Shown in pieces: positions 37,819 to 47,845 of a DNA stretch of 64,000 bases (position 1 is the stretch's first letter; every line of letters begins with the position of its first letter). Source of the DNA: an uncultured Oscillospiraceae bacterium (GTDB lineage Bacteria > Bacillota > Clostridia > Oscillospirales > Acutalibacteraceae). The DNA is taken from NCBI GenBank assembly GCA_900541905.1, contig UQLQ01000001.1:19759-83758 (forward strand), written 5' to 3'. The notes under the pieces are model-generated. The model made no database searches. It worked only from the letters and a program-made list of their open reading frames with translations, and had not been told where the DNA came from. A program made the translations under genes and the position numbers.

Positions 37819-39087
37819 ATGAAAGTAAAAGTATATCCTTCTGTTTGTACAGGAGAAATACAAATACCACCTTCCAAAAGTATGGCGCATCGTGCGATAA
37901 TGTGTGCCTCTTTGGCAAAAGGCAAAAGCGTTATTTCAAATATTGCGTATTCTGACGATATTTTGGCTACCATTGCAGGTATGCGAGCATTGGGTGCATC
38001 CATTATGATGGAGAAAGATACCGTTGTGATAGAAGGCATACAATCTTTGCCGCAAAAACCGTTACAGGTAGATTGCAATGAATCAGGTTCTACCCTGCGC
38101 TTTTTTGTGCCGTTGTTTACGTTATCAGGTCAGCCCATTACTTTTTTGGGCAGAAATCGGTTGTTAAAGCGTCCGCAGGGAGTATATCAAACAATGTTTG
38201 AACAGCAGGGACACCGTTTTGAACAAACGGAACAGCAGCTTATTGTGCAGGGTGCGCTAAAAGCAGGTTCCTATGAAATTGATGGAAGTATCAGCTCCCA
38301 ATTCATCACAGGCCTATTGTTTGCTTTGCCGCTTTTGGAGCAGGATTCCATAATTCATATCAAGCCTCCGTTTGAATCCCGTTCTTACATTGAACTAACC
38401 TTGCAAATGCTCAAAACTTTTGGCGTAACAGCAGAATTTCAAGACAACCATACACTATATATTCCGGGCAATCAGTCCTATCAAGCTTGTGATTACGCCG
38501 TGGAAGGCGACTATTCTCAAATGGCATTCTATGCCGTTTTGGCAGCAATTCAAAATGATTTATATTGTAAGGGTGTCACTTCTTCCTCTAAACAGGGAGA
38601 TAAAGCGATTCTATCCATTCTGGAAGCTTGTAATTGCAAGATAGAGCCCAAACAAGAAGGGTATCTTGTACATAAAAGTGAGCTGACGGCTACGGAGATT
38701 GATTTGGCGGATTGTCCCGATTTGGGGCCTGTTTTAAACGTGCTGGGAATGTACGCAAAGGGTACGACTCGTATTTATCATGCAGCACGTTTGAGATACA
38801 AAGAATCCGACCGTATTGCCGCCATGGAAGAGGAACTGAAAAAATTCCATACGGATATTACCACGACGGAAGATGAAATTTTTATCAAGGGAAAACCGAC
38901 CTATTGTTGTGAACAGGAGCTGTCAGGACATACAGACCATAGAATTGTAATGAGTATGACAGTGGCTGCTTTGTGCAGTGAAACTCCTGTTGTCATCAAT
39001 GGGGCAGAATGTATCAATAAATCTTATCCAAACTTTTTTGAGGATATACAATCCATAGGCGGCAGAATTGAGGTGTTGGAGCCGTGA
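37819..39087 (+). CDS. aroA: 3-phosphoshikimate 1-carboxyvinyltransferase (EPSP synthase)
   Basis: 422 aa, collinear with AroA. Confidence 0.92.
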   Translation: MKVKVYPSVCTGEIQIPPSKSMAHRAIMCASLAKGKSVISNIAYSDDILATIAGMRALGASIMMEKDTVVIEGIQSLPQKPLQVDCNESGSTLRFFVPLFTLSGQPITFLGRNRLLKRPQGVYQTMFEQQGHRFEQTEQQLIVQGALKAGSYEIDGSISSQFITGLLFALPLLEQDSIIHIKPPFESRSYIELTLQMLKTFGVTAEFQDNHTLYIPGNQSYQACDYAVEGDYSQMAFYAVLAAIQNDLYCKGVTSSSKQGDKAILSILEACNCKIEPKQEGYLVHKSELTATEIDLADCPDLGPVLNVLGMYAKGTTRIYHAARLRYKESDRIAAMEEELKKFHTDITTTEDEIFIKGKPTYCCEQELSGHTDHRIVMSMTVAALCSETPVVINGAECINKSYPNFFEDIQSIGGRIEVLEP

Positions 39088-39935
39088 TAGCAAAAAACAG
39101 TGTGATTTTAATTGTAGGCTTAGGCCTCATTGGCGGAAGTTATGCAAAAGGTTTGAAAAAGCATGGTTACACGGTATATGCCATCAGCAGAGGGCAGGGA
39201 ACCATTGACTATGCTTTGGAAAACGGCATCATTGATAAAGGAACCATACAGGAAGATCCTGAAATCATCAGTCAGGCAGACTATATCGTTTTTGGACTAT
39301 ATCCCCATACCATGATTGACTGGATTGCCCGCAATCAGCAGTATTTCAAATCAGGTGCGATTATCACAGATGTATGCGGGGTAAAATGCAACGTGGTTGA
39401 TGTAGTGCAAGATTTTCTGCGCAAAGATGTAGAATTTATTGGTTCCCATCCAATGGCCGGTAAGGAAGTAAGCGGCGTGCAGTACAGTGATGATGCTATT
39501 TTTCACTCTGCAAACTTTATTATAACGCCAACAGAACAAAATACGGAAAAAGGTATCGCGTTTGCAAAAGAATTGGCAGAGTTACTGGAGTTTTATCACG
39601 TTGCAATTATTACTCCACAGGAACACGATAAGATGATTGGTTTTGTATCTCAATTAACCCATGCAGTAGCGGTCAGTTTGATGAACACAAGTGATAATAC
39701 CCATTTAAAAGAATATACGGGAGATTCTTTCAGAGATTTAACCCGTATTGCGAAGATAAATGAGACATTGTGGAGCGAACTGTTCTTTTTGAATAAAAAG
39801 AATTTGGTTCAGGAAATTGATGATTTTGTTGCCGAGTTAGAAAATCTAAAACAAAAAATAGCAGATGAAGATGAAGAAGGCATCAAAAAACTATTTATTC
39901 AGTCTACGGAACGAAGAAAACAATTTGATAAATAA
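39084..39935 (+). CDS. tyrA: Prephenate dehydrogenase
   Basis: 283 aa with Rossmann motif VGLGLIGGS. A GTG start overlaps the aroA stop as GTGA. Confidence 0.85.
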   Translation: MIAKNSVILIVGLGLIGGSYAKGLKKHGYTVYAISRGQGTIDYALENGIIDKGTIQEDPEIISQADYIVFGLYPHTMIDWIARNQQYFKSGAIITDVCGVKCNVVDVVQDFLRKDVEFIGSHPMAGKEVSGVQYSDDAIFHSANFIITPTEQNTEKGIAFAKELAELLEFYHVAIITPQEHDKMIGFVSQLTHAVAVSLMNTSDNTHLKEYTGDSFRDLTRIAKINETLWSELFFLNKKNLVQEIDDFVAELENLKQKIADEDEEGIKKLFIQSTERRKQFDK

Positions 39936-39936
39936 G

Positions 39937-39985
39937 AAAAGACGAAAGGAACGAATCAAACCATTCTTTTCGTCTTTTTCTTTTT
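39937..39985 (+). terminator. Rho-independent terminator of the aro operon
   Basis: Stem aaagacgaaag / ctttt-cgtcttt followed by TTTTCTTTTTT. Confidence 0.7.
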
Positions 39986-40088
39986 TATTTACTAAAAAAT
40001 GGAATGTTTTACGATTCGTTTGCAAATACTATAGGAATATATGTTAAAATAACAGTACAAATCAATCGTAATCATAGGAGGGTCTACG

Positions 40089-41777
40089 ATGAAATTTTCT
40101 CAAATGGAGTATCAGCGTCCTGATGTAGATGGAATGATAGAACAGTATAAACAAATTACAGAACGGTTTCCAAATTGTAAAAATGCCAAAGAGCAAATGA
40201 AATGTATTTTGGAACATGAATCCATTATGAAGGCGTATCAAACAATGAGCACGCTTGCGTACATTCATAACAGTATTAATACCGCAGATGAATTCTATGC
40301 ACAGGAAAAGGCGTTCTACAACGAAAAATCTCCTGTGATACAGGAGTATGAACAAGCCTTTCTGCAAGTTGTGTATGATTCCAGATTCAGAAAAGAACTT
40401 GAGAAAGAAGTGGGCATCTTGTTTTTTGGAAATATTAAAGTTGCACTGCGTTCATTTTCACCTGAAATTATCCCTCTTTTGCAGCAGGAAAATGAGTTGA
40501 CTACAGAATATCAAAAGCTGCTGGCATCTGCCAAAATTGAATTTGACGGCAAAGAATTGAATCTTTCCACCATAACCACTTATCTACAGGATTTAGACAG
40601 AACCGTAAGAAAAGAAGCTTGGAAAAAATGCGCCGCCTTTTTTGAGGAGCATGCGCAAAAATTGGATGAAATTTATGATCAGTTGGTCAAAAACAGAGAT
40701 GAACAAGCGCGTAAATTGGGATATGCCAATTATGTGCAGCTGGGATATGACCGTTTGGGACGAAATTGTTACAGAGCCTCCGACGTCAAAGTGTTCCGAG
40801 ACCAGATTATACGAGATTTGGTTCCCGTGACTGTAACCATACGTAAGATGCAGGCACAGCGAATTGGCGTAGATGAGATAAAATTACACGATACAGGTGT
40901 TTCTTTTACAGACGGCAATCCAAAGCCCAACGGCGAAACACAGGAACTGGTGTCCGCGGCACAAAAAATGTATGATGAAATGAGTCCCAAGACATCAGAG
41001 TTTTTTACCTTTATGAGAGAAAACGAGCTGTTCGATTTGGAGAGTAAACAAAATAAAGCAGGCGGCGGTTACTGTACAGAACTGCCTGATTATCAGTCTC
41101 CGTTCATTTTCTCTAATTTTAACGGTACCTCCGGCGATGTGGATGTGTTGACACATGAAGCAGGTCATGCATTTGCGGCATATCAGGCCCGTAATATGGA
41201 GATTCGTGAAAATGCAAGTACCACAATGGAAACAGCGGAAGTGCATTCTATGACCATGGAACTGATGGCACGCCCTTGGGCAGAGTTGTTTTTTGGAAAT
41301 GACGCTGAAAAATTCCGTGTATTTCAGTTGGAGTCTGCCCTTAACTTTATTCCGTATGGTTGTTTGGTAGATGAGTTTCAACATGAAGTATATGAAAATC
41401 CAAAATTAACGCCGCAGGAACGCAAAAAATTATGGCTGAAATTAGAGAAGAAATATCGTCCGTGGCTGGATTTTGATAATCTGCCATTCTTCAAAGACGG
41501 AGGAGGATTCCAAAAACAGCATCATATTTATTGTTATCCGTTTTATTATATTGATTATTGTTTGGCCCAAACGGTTGCCTTGGAATTCTGGAGTAAATCA
41601 AATAGGGACTGGAAAAAAGCGTTTGATGAATATTTAACATTTGTAAGCGCTGCAGGCACCAAAAGTTTTGTACAATTAATCAAAGATTCTGAGTTGGATT
41701 CTCCTTTTGAAGACGGTTGCGTAAAAGAATTAAGCGCAGAAGTGGTTCAATGGATGGAACAACATCGTATTAAGTAG
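40089..41777 (+). CDS. pepF: Oligoendopeptidase F (M3B family)
   Basis: 562 aa with the HEAGH zinc motif. Confidence 0.88.
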   Translation: MKFSQMEYQRPDVDGMIEQYKQITERFPNCKNAKEQMKCILEHESIMKAYQTMSTLAYIHNSINTADEFYAQEKAFYNEKSPVIQEYEQAFLQVVYDSRFRKELEKEVGILFFGNIKVALRSFSPEIIPLLQQENELTTEYQKLLASAKIEFDGKELNLSTITTYLQDLDRTVRKEAWKKCAAFFEEHAQKLDEIYDQLVKNRDEQARKLGYANYVQLGYDRLGRNCYRASDVKVFRDQIIRDLVPVTVTIRKMQAQRIGVDEIKLHDTGVSFTDGNPKPNGETQELVSAAQKMYDEMSPKTSEFFTFMRENELFDLESKQNKAGGGYCTELPDYQSPFIFSNFNGTSGDVDVLTHEAGHAFAAYQARNMEIRENASTTMETAEVHSMTMELMARPWAELFFGNDAEKFRVFQLESALNFIPYGCLVDEFQHEVYENPKLTPQERKKLWLKLEKKYRPWLDFDNLPFFKDGGGFQKQHHIYCYPFYYIDYCLAQTVALEFWSKSNRDWKKAFDEYLTFVSAAGTKSFVQLIKDSELDSPFEDGCVKELSAEVVQWMEQHRIK

Positions 41778-43329
41778 CAGATTTGGAATGGAAAATCTCT
41801 TTGATACAGGTCACATCTTCTTTTTTAAAGCATTGTGTCACGCGTAATAAAATATAATATCCAATGGCTGATAATGTGAATTCCAGTATCATGCAGCACC
41901 AAACAGGAACCGCGTTCATAAACGGTAAATGTCTTAATAACGAAAAGCAAAGAACCGAAATGCCTCCGCATAAAATCGGCTTTACAATCCAGTCTACAAA
42001 CTGTATCTCCACCTGAGATACTTTCAGAAGACGATGAATGCTCAATGTAGCATTAAAAATCGTGCTGAAAAACAAAATGCCCAGATAGCCGTTTACACCT
42101 GTGAACGGAATTAAAAAATAGACCAGTATGACGCGTAATCCGGAATCTGCAAAATTATATCGCATGGAGGCAATTTGCTGGTCCAACCCTTTTAAAATGC
42201 CGTCTACCACGCTATCAAGGTACAACAAAGGAATCAGCGGTGCCAAAAATCGAATCAGACGTCCCGCTTCTTCGCTTTGATAAAAGGTGCGGCCGAAATC
42301 ATCGGCAAATACAATAAAACAAGCAGTAATAAAGAATGAAAACAGCAGGGTCAATTGCATGGAACGTGCAGTGGTCCTGCTGATTGTTCTTTTATGGCCC
42401 ACTGCATTTGCTTCTGCCATTTCAGGAACCAGTAAAGAAGAAAATGCCATTAAAAATGCGGAAGGAAATAAAATCAGCGGCATTACCATACCGTGAATCA
42501 TACCGTAATTGCTCAATGAGGTTTCCGTACTGGCACCGTGTTTCTTAAATCCAATGGGGATGAGTATGTTTTCAATGGTTACAAGTCCGTTACGCAGGGT
42601 AGAACCAAACATGATGGGCAGTTCTATATGGAACATATCCTGCAATGCTTTCCGAAAGGTGTATTGAAATTGATTGCCGGGGATGTCTTTTGCTTTTATT
42701 TTGTCTTTTATAAAGAAGATAAAAGTATAGGTACAAGAAGCAATCTCGCCTAGGGTAGAGCCTAACATAATTGCGGCACAGGAATACTCTAACCCTTGCG
42801 GCGCCACAAATGTAAACAGACAAACTACTGCCATAATGGTAACAAATTGTTCCAAAAGTTCCCCCGAAGCGGTTTTTGCAACACCACGCATTGCAATAAA
42901 ATATCCTTTTAAACAAGAACATGTTGCCATGAGAGGTAAGCCGGGAGCGAGTATTTTCAGAGAGAGTGCGACACGTTGGTCGCCCAGCCAATGGATTGCT
43001 ACGTAATCAGATGAAAAGTATAAGGCTATCATAGCAAGCAAGCTTAATAAAAGTGCGAAGATAATACACTTGCGAACTGCCCGTTTTGCCTGGGACGGCG
43101 CTCCTTTTGCAATGGTATCTGTTACAATACGCGTAACGGCTAAACTGATTCCTGAAGTGGAAACCGTAATTGCCAATATAAAAACAGACATAACCAGTTG
43201 GTATAATCCCATACCTGCGGTTCCTATTTTAGAAGACAAATAGGTTCGATATCCAATACTGCTGGCCCGCATTACCAGCGAAGATGCCGTAAGAATAATT
43301 GCATTAAAAAAGAATACCCTTTTTTTCAT
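41770..43329 (-). CDS. MOP-superfamily polysaccharide/lipid-II flippase-like membrane protein (SpoVB/MurJ/Wzx-like)
   Basis: About 519 aa, polytopic, with an N-terminus similar to SpoVB-type proteins. The start was set at MKKRVFFF. Confidence 0.65.
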   Translation of the reverse strand: MKKRVFFFNAIILTASSLVMRASSIGYRTYLSSKIGTAGMGLYQLVMSVFILAITVSTSGISLAVTRIVTDTIAKGAPSQAKRAVRKCIIFALLLSLLAMIALYFSSDYVAIHWLGDQRVALSLKILAPGLPLMATCSCLKGYFIAMRGVAKTASGELLEQFVTIMAVVCLFTFVAPQGLEYSCAAIMLGSTLGEIASCTYTFIFFIKDKIKAKDIPGNQFQYTFRKALQDMFHIELPIMFGSTLRNGLVTIENILIPIGFKKHGASTETSLSNYGMIHGMVMPLILFPSAFLMAFSSLLVPEMAEANAVGHKRTISRTTARSMQLTLLFSFFITACFIVFADDFGRTFYQSEEAGRLIRFLAPLIPLLYLDSVVDGILKGLDQQIASMRYNFADSGLRVILVYFLIPFTGVNGYLGILFFSTIFNATLSIHRLLKVSQVEIQFVDWIVKPILCGGISVLCFSLLRHLPFMNAVPVWCCMILEFTLSAIGYYILLRVTQCFKKEDVTCIKEIFHSKSAT

Positions 43330-43504
43330 ACCACAACCCCATTTAGAATTTTGTTCTTTGTTTAATATATGTCCTAAATTGCGGGAAAATGAAACAAGCA
43401 TATATCTCTATTTTTATTTTTTATCATTCGGAATACGAAATGTCTTGAAATACCATTAACATTGTTGCATAATAGGTTTATTACAGGGACAGGAGGAATT
43501 TATC

Positions 43505-43936
43505 ATGTGGATTTCTACAAGAGGAAGATACGCCTTACGTGTTATGGTTGATCTTGCAGAAAATAACAATGGTGAATATATTCCTTTAAAGGATATTGCA
43601 AAACGACAGGAAATTTCAGAGAAATATCTTGAAAGTATTATGGTGACTATGAGCAAAGCGGGAATTATCAAAGGATTGCGGGGAAAAGGCGGAGGGTATA
43701 AGTTAGCACTTGACCCAATGGATATTACGGTAGGGCGTATTTTAAAAGTGACGGAAAAATCTTTGGCACCCGTATCTTGTTTAGAGATGCAGCCCAACCC
43801 GTGCAAGCGGTCTCCTGCTTGTAAAACGGTGCGCGTTTGGCAGGAAATGTACAGAGTGGTAGATGAATATATAGAAAGTGTTACCATTGCTGACTTGGTG
43901 GATGAAATAGACAGCAGCGATTTTTATGTGATATAA
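43505..43936 (+). CDS. Rrf2-family transcriptional regulator with three Cys (probable Fe-S type)
   Basis: N-terminal Rrf2 wHTH (MWISTRGRYALRVMVDLAEN). Cys residues lie in ...SCLEMQPNPCKRSPACK. Confidence 0.8.
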   Translation: MWISTRGRYALRVMVDLAENNNGEYIPLKDIAKRQEISEKYLESIMVTMSKAGIIKGLRGKGGGYKLALDPMDITVGRILKVTEKSLAPVSCLEMQPNPCKRSPACKTVRVWQEMYRVVDEYIESVTIADLVDEIDSSDFYVI

Positions 43937-43937
43937 G

Positions 43938-43985
43938 GTAAAACCATACCGAACATTTTGTTTGGCATGGTTTTTATTTTTTACG
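43938..43985 (+). terminator. Probable rho-independent terminator after rrf2
   Basis: An imperfect hairpin (accatacc...ggcatggt) followed by TTTTTATTTTTT. Confidence 0.55.
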
Positions 43986-44027
43986 TGTATTCGGACATTT
44001 GCATATTGTCAGGCTGATTTTAGGTAA

Positions 44028-44049
44028 AACCTATAACAAGTTATAGGTT
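44028..44049. promoter_or_regulatory. Perfect palindrome AACCTATAAC-aa-GTTATAGGTT abutting the putative -35 of cooS
   Basis: 10 bp perfect inverted arms. The same half-site (GTTATAGGTT / AACCTAT) recurs at 78-107 and at 43472-43478. Confidence 0.5.
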
Positions 44050-44139
44050 ATTGATATTAGACAAATGATGTTTTATGTAGTAAAATATACAACAACCAAT
44101 AAACATACTAACATAGTATGTAAATAGGAGTGAAAATGA

Positions 44140-46131
44140 ATGTCTGATCAACACACACACAGTCATCACCATCATCATGGAGGGATTGATGACTACATGA
44201 AAGCAGTAGCGGAATACAGAAAAACATTCCCGAACAAACAAGATGTCATCGAACAAACACCTGACCCTGCGGTAAGAGAAATGCTTTTACATATGGAAGA
44301 AATGGGTCTTGAAACAACGTTTGACCGTTTTGATGCGCAGCAGCCTCAATGTACGTTTGGTATTGCAGGTACCTGCTGTAAAAACTGCTTTATGGGACCT
44401 TGCAAAATTACAAAAAAATCCCCTCGTGGCGTGTGTGGCGCGGACGCAGATTTAATTGCGGCCAGAAATCTTTTGCGTCATGTGGCAGCAGGTACAGCAG
44501 CCCACGGAGCACGCGGACGTGAAAGTATGCTCGCATTAAAATTTGCAGCACAAGGAAAAGCTCCGATTCCCATTGAAGGAAAAGAAAAAATTTATGCCGT
44601 ATGTAAAAATTTTGGCATTGAGACAGAAGGAAAAACACTCAATGAGCTTGCAGAACAAGTTGCGGATATTTTATTGGAAGATTTATCTCGAACAGTTCCC
44701 GATAAGCACAAAACCATTTATTCCTTCGCGCCGAAAGAAAGGGTGGAAACATGGGAACAATTGGGTATTATTCCAATCAGCCCTTCCCATGAAGTGTTTG
44801 AAAGCTTACACAGAACTACAACAGGCACGGACAGTAACTGGAGAAACGTAATGCAACAGTTTTTAAGAACCGGCGTATCTTTCGCTTGGTCCTCCTGCCT
44901 TGGTTCTTCCATTGCAATGGATAGCTTGTATGGCTTGCCTCACAGAAGTCGTTCCAAGATTAATTTGGGCGCTTTGAAAAAAGGATATGTCAATATTGCG
45001 GTACATGGACATTCTCCCGTACTGGTAAGTGAAATTGTGAAAGTTGGAAGAAGCGAGAAAATGGTGCGGTTGGCCAAAGAAAAAGGCGCTTTGGGTATTC
45101 AGTTTTACGGCATCTGCTGCTCCGGTTTGTCTGCAATGTATCGTTATGATAATGTAATTCCGCTATCCAATGCAGTTGGTTCTGAATTGGTGCTTGGAAC
45201 AGGCGCTTTGGATTTATGGGTTGCAGATGTGCAAGATGTGTTCCCTTCCATAATGGAAGTAGCAAAATGTTTCCGAACAACCGTGGTTACCACCAGTGAT
45301 TCCGGAAGACTGCCTGGTGCAGAACACTACGGACTGGACCATGAGCATTCCAATATAGGAGAAATTCATCAAATTGCAGAAAAAATTGTACAACGTGGTA
45401 TTGAAAGCTTTGTGGAAAGAAGAGACATTCCTGTTAAAATCCCTCAATATGAAGTGGACGCTGAAATGGGATTTTCCGTGGAATGGGCACAGCACTACTT
45501 TGAAAAAGGGCTTGCAACTTTAGCACAGGCATTAAAAGACGGAAAAATATTGGGTATTGTGAACTTGGTAGGCTGCAGCAATCCACGGGTCATTTATGAA
45601 AAGAAAATTGTGGAGACAGCTGAAATACTGTTGAAAAACAATGTGTTGATTTTTACAAATGGTTGTGCGTCATTTGCTTTGCTGAAGCTGGGATTTTGCT
45701 CAGAGAAAGCTTTGGAGTGGACCAGCGAATCACTGCGGGAGTTTTTAAAAGAGATTCCTCCCGTCTGGCATCTCGGCGAATGTTTGGATAATGCAAGAGC
45801 GTCTGCCTTTTTCAACGGAATATCCGCAGCTTTAAATATTCCGATAAAAGAGCTGCCGTATGCCTTTTCCAGTCCTGAGTGGAGCAATGAAAAGGGAATT
45901 TGTGCGGCCTTATCTTTCAGATTATTAGGGATTAATTCTTACCACAATGTTTATGCGCCTGTTATGGGTTCGGAAAAAGTGTCTGAATTTATGGCACATG
46001 GCACAAAGGCGCTATTGGGCTCTGAAATGATTGTAGATGTCGACCATATTAAAATTGCCAACCAACTGGTAGAAGATTTCAAAGAAAAACGCAAAGCGTT
46101 AGGTTGGACTGTATCGTTAGGAGGAGAATGA
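44140..46131 (+). CDS. cooS: Anaerobic Ni-dependent carbon monoxide dehydrogenase catalytic subunit with a His-rich N-terminal tail
   Basis: The cluster-B/D ligand pattern PQC-x7-CC-x2-C-x4-C...CG matches CooS (QCGFGETGLCCRHCLQGPC). The NIAVHGHSPVL motif is present. The N-terminus HTHSHHHHHGG is His-rich. Confidence 0.85.
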   Translation: MSDQHTHSHHHHHGGIDDYMKAVAEYRKTFPNKQDVIEQTPDPAVREMLLHMEEMGLETTFDRFDAQQPQCTFGIAGTCCKNCFMGPCKITKKSPRGVCGADADLIAARNLLRHVAAGTAAHGARGRESMLALKFAAQGKAPIPIEGKEKIYAVCKNFGIETEGKTLNELAEQVADILLEDLSRTVPDKHKTIYSFAPKERVETWEQLGIIPISPSHEVFESLHRTTTGTDSNWRNVMQQFLRTGVSFAWSSCLGSSIAMDSLYGLPHRSRSKINLGALKKGYVNIAVHGHSPVLVSEIVKVGRSEKMVRLAKEKGALGIQFYGICCSGLSAMYRYDNVIPLSNAVGSELVLGTGALDLWVADVQDVFPSIMEVAKCFRTTVVTTSDSGRLPGAEHYGLDHEHSNIGEIHQIAEKIVQRGIESFVERRDIPVKIPQYEVDAEMGFSVEWAQHYFEKGLATLAQALKDGKILGIVNLVGCSNPRVIYEKKIVETAEILLKNNVLIFTNGCASFALLKLGFCSEKALEWTSESLREFLKEIPPVWHLGECLDNARASAFFNGISAALNIPIKELPYAFSSPEWSNEKGICAALSFRLLGINSYHNVYAPVMGSEKVSEFMAHGTKALLGSEMIVDVDHIKIANQLVEDFKEKRKALGWTVSLGGE

Positions 46132-46134
46132 GAA

Positions 46135-47073
46135 ATGAAATTAAAAAAATTTTTCATACCGATTGCGGCGGTGTTGGCTAGTATGACTGTATTATTAACC
46201 GCATGCGGAACATCATCTGGAGGAGGTTCCGACAGTGAAAATGTAAAAACAGTAAAAATAGCATATTTACCTATTACACATGCACTGCCTGTATATGAAC
46301 TTTCCCAGTCAGACAATGTTAAAGTAGAACTTGTCAAATACGGTTCATGGCCGGAGCTGATGGATGCGTTGAATTCCGGTCAGGTAGACGGTGCATCTGT
46401 GCTGATTGAATTGGCAATGCAGGCGCAATCACAAAATATAGGATTAAAAGCAGCTGCACTTGGGCATACAAGCGGCAATGTAATTGTTGTAGGCAATGAC
46501 ATTCAGTCGGCTGCGGATTTAAAAGGAAAAACATTTGCAATTCCGCACAGAAGCTCTTCTCACAATATTTTATTACAGGAGATGCTGGAACAAAATGGTC
46601 TTACCATAGACGATGTTCAGGTAACCGAATTATCTCCTGCGGAAATGCCTTCTGCATTGGTATCCGGTCAGATTCAAGGATATTGTGTGGCAGAACCGTT
46701 TGGTTCTGTAGCGGTAACAGGCGGATATGGTAAAGTGTTATATCAATCGGATGAGTTGTGGGATCATTCCATTTGCTGCGCTCTTGTTTTTAACGATAAA
46801 TTCCTCAATGAAAACAGCGAGTTGGCAAATCAGGTCATCGACGCATATCAACAAGCCGGCTCTGAACTTTCAGATAAAGAAGAGGCGCTTTCTGTGGCGA
46901 AAAATTTCTTGAAACAACCTGATAATGTGCTGCAGCAATCTTTGGAATGGATTGATTTTTCAGATTTGACCATTGAGGAATCTGCTTATCATGATTTGGT
47001 TGCTCGTATGCAAAAATATCACATTTCCGAAAATCCGCCTTCTTATGAAGAGTTTGTATACCAAGCGGAATAG
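46135..47073 (+). CDS. ABC transporter substrate-binding lipoprotein, NitT/TauT (SsuA/NMT1-like) family
   Basis: Signal peptide with lipobox LLTAC. It starts 4 nt after the cooS stop. Confidence 0.75.
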   Translation: MKLKKFFIPIAAVLASMTVLLTACGTSSGGGSDSENVKTVKIAYLPITHALPVYELSQSDNVKVELVKYGSWPELMDALNSGQVDGASVLIELAMQAQSQNIGLKAAALGHTSGNVIVVGNDIQSAADLKGKTFAIPHRSSSHNILLQEMLEQNGLTIDDVQVTELSPAEMPSALVSGQIQGYCVAEPFGSVAVTGGYGKVLYQSDELWDHSICCALVFNDKFLNENSELANQVIDAYQQAGSELSDKEEALSVAKNFLKQPDNVLQQSLEWIDFSDLTIEESAYHDLVARMQKYHISENPPSYEEFVYQAE

Positions 47074-47082
47074 GAGTCAGTT

Positions 47083-47841
47083 ATGAAACGTCTGTTAAAA
47101 TTAAGGTATATTGTGGTTTCGTTTTCAGTGTTAATTTTACTGTGGTATCTTCTTGCCAGTGTGTCGTCTGTTGGAGAAGCACTTTTTCCAAAACCGTTAA
47201 CGGTTGGAAAAGCATTGGTCGATTTATTTGCAGACGGTACTATGGGCGCCAATATAGGAGCCAGCTTATATCGTTTTGCAATTGGTTATGTCACGTCGGT
47301 TGTTTCAGCAGCTATCTTAGGTTTGATAATAGGATGGTTTAAACCGTTATACGGATATATCAGTCCTATTCTACAAATCATTCGTCCGATTGCTCCAGTG
47401 GCTTGGATGCCCTTTATTGTGCTGTTTATTGGCATTGGAGACGTTCCCGCAATTGTTATCATTTTTCTTGCAGGCTTTTTCCCTGTCTTACTTTCTACCA
47501 TTTCTGCTGTACGTAATATAGACCCTGTTTATTTAAAGGTAGCAAAGAATTTTGGAATTAAGCAGCCTGCGGTATTATATAAAATTGTATTTCCCGCGGT
47601 ATTCCCGCAAATTGCAAACAGTTTGCATGTGGCTTTGGGTTCTGCATGGATATTTTTGGTGTCAGGAGAAATGGTCGGAACCCAGTCAGGGCTTGGTTAT
47701 ATGATTATAGATGCCAGAAATAATTTAAGAATGGATTATTTGCTTGCTGCAATGGTGATGATTGGCGTGATAGGATTTATTTTAGATGCACTCATCGGAA
47801 AATTTGAAAAAACCGTGATGAAAGCATGGGGAAAGGCGTGA
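47083..47841 (+). CDS. ABC transporter permease, NitT/TauT family
   Basis: 252 aa with a BPD_transp_1-type fold. Confidence 0.8.
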   Translation: MKRLLKLRYIVVSFSVLILLWYLLASVSSVGEALFPKPLTVGKALVDLFADGTMGANIGASLYRFAIGYVTSVVSAAILGLIIGWFKPLYGYISPILQIIRPIAPVAWMPFIVLFIGIGDVPAIVIIFLAGFFPVLLSTISAVRNIDPVYLKVAKNFGIKQPAVLYKIVFPAVFPQIANSLHVALGSAWIFLVSGEMVGTQSGLGYMIIDARNNLRMDYLLAAMVMIGVIGFILDALIGKFEKTVMKAWGKA

Positions 47842-47845
47842 CAAT

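Noticed and set aside
40062-40367. 101 aa minus-strand ORF at the pepF start
   Set aside because: It is antisense to the pepF N-terminus. pepF has a strong AGGAGGG RBS and the M3 HEXXH motif, and the minus-strand frame has no support.
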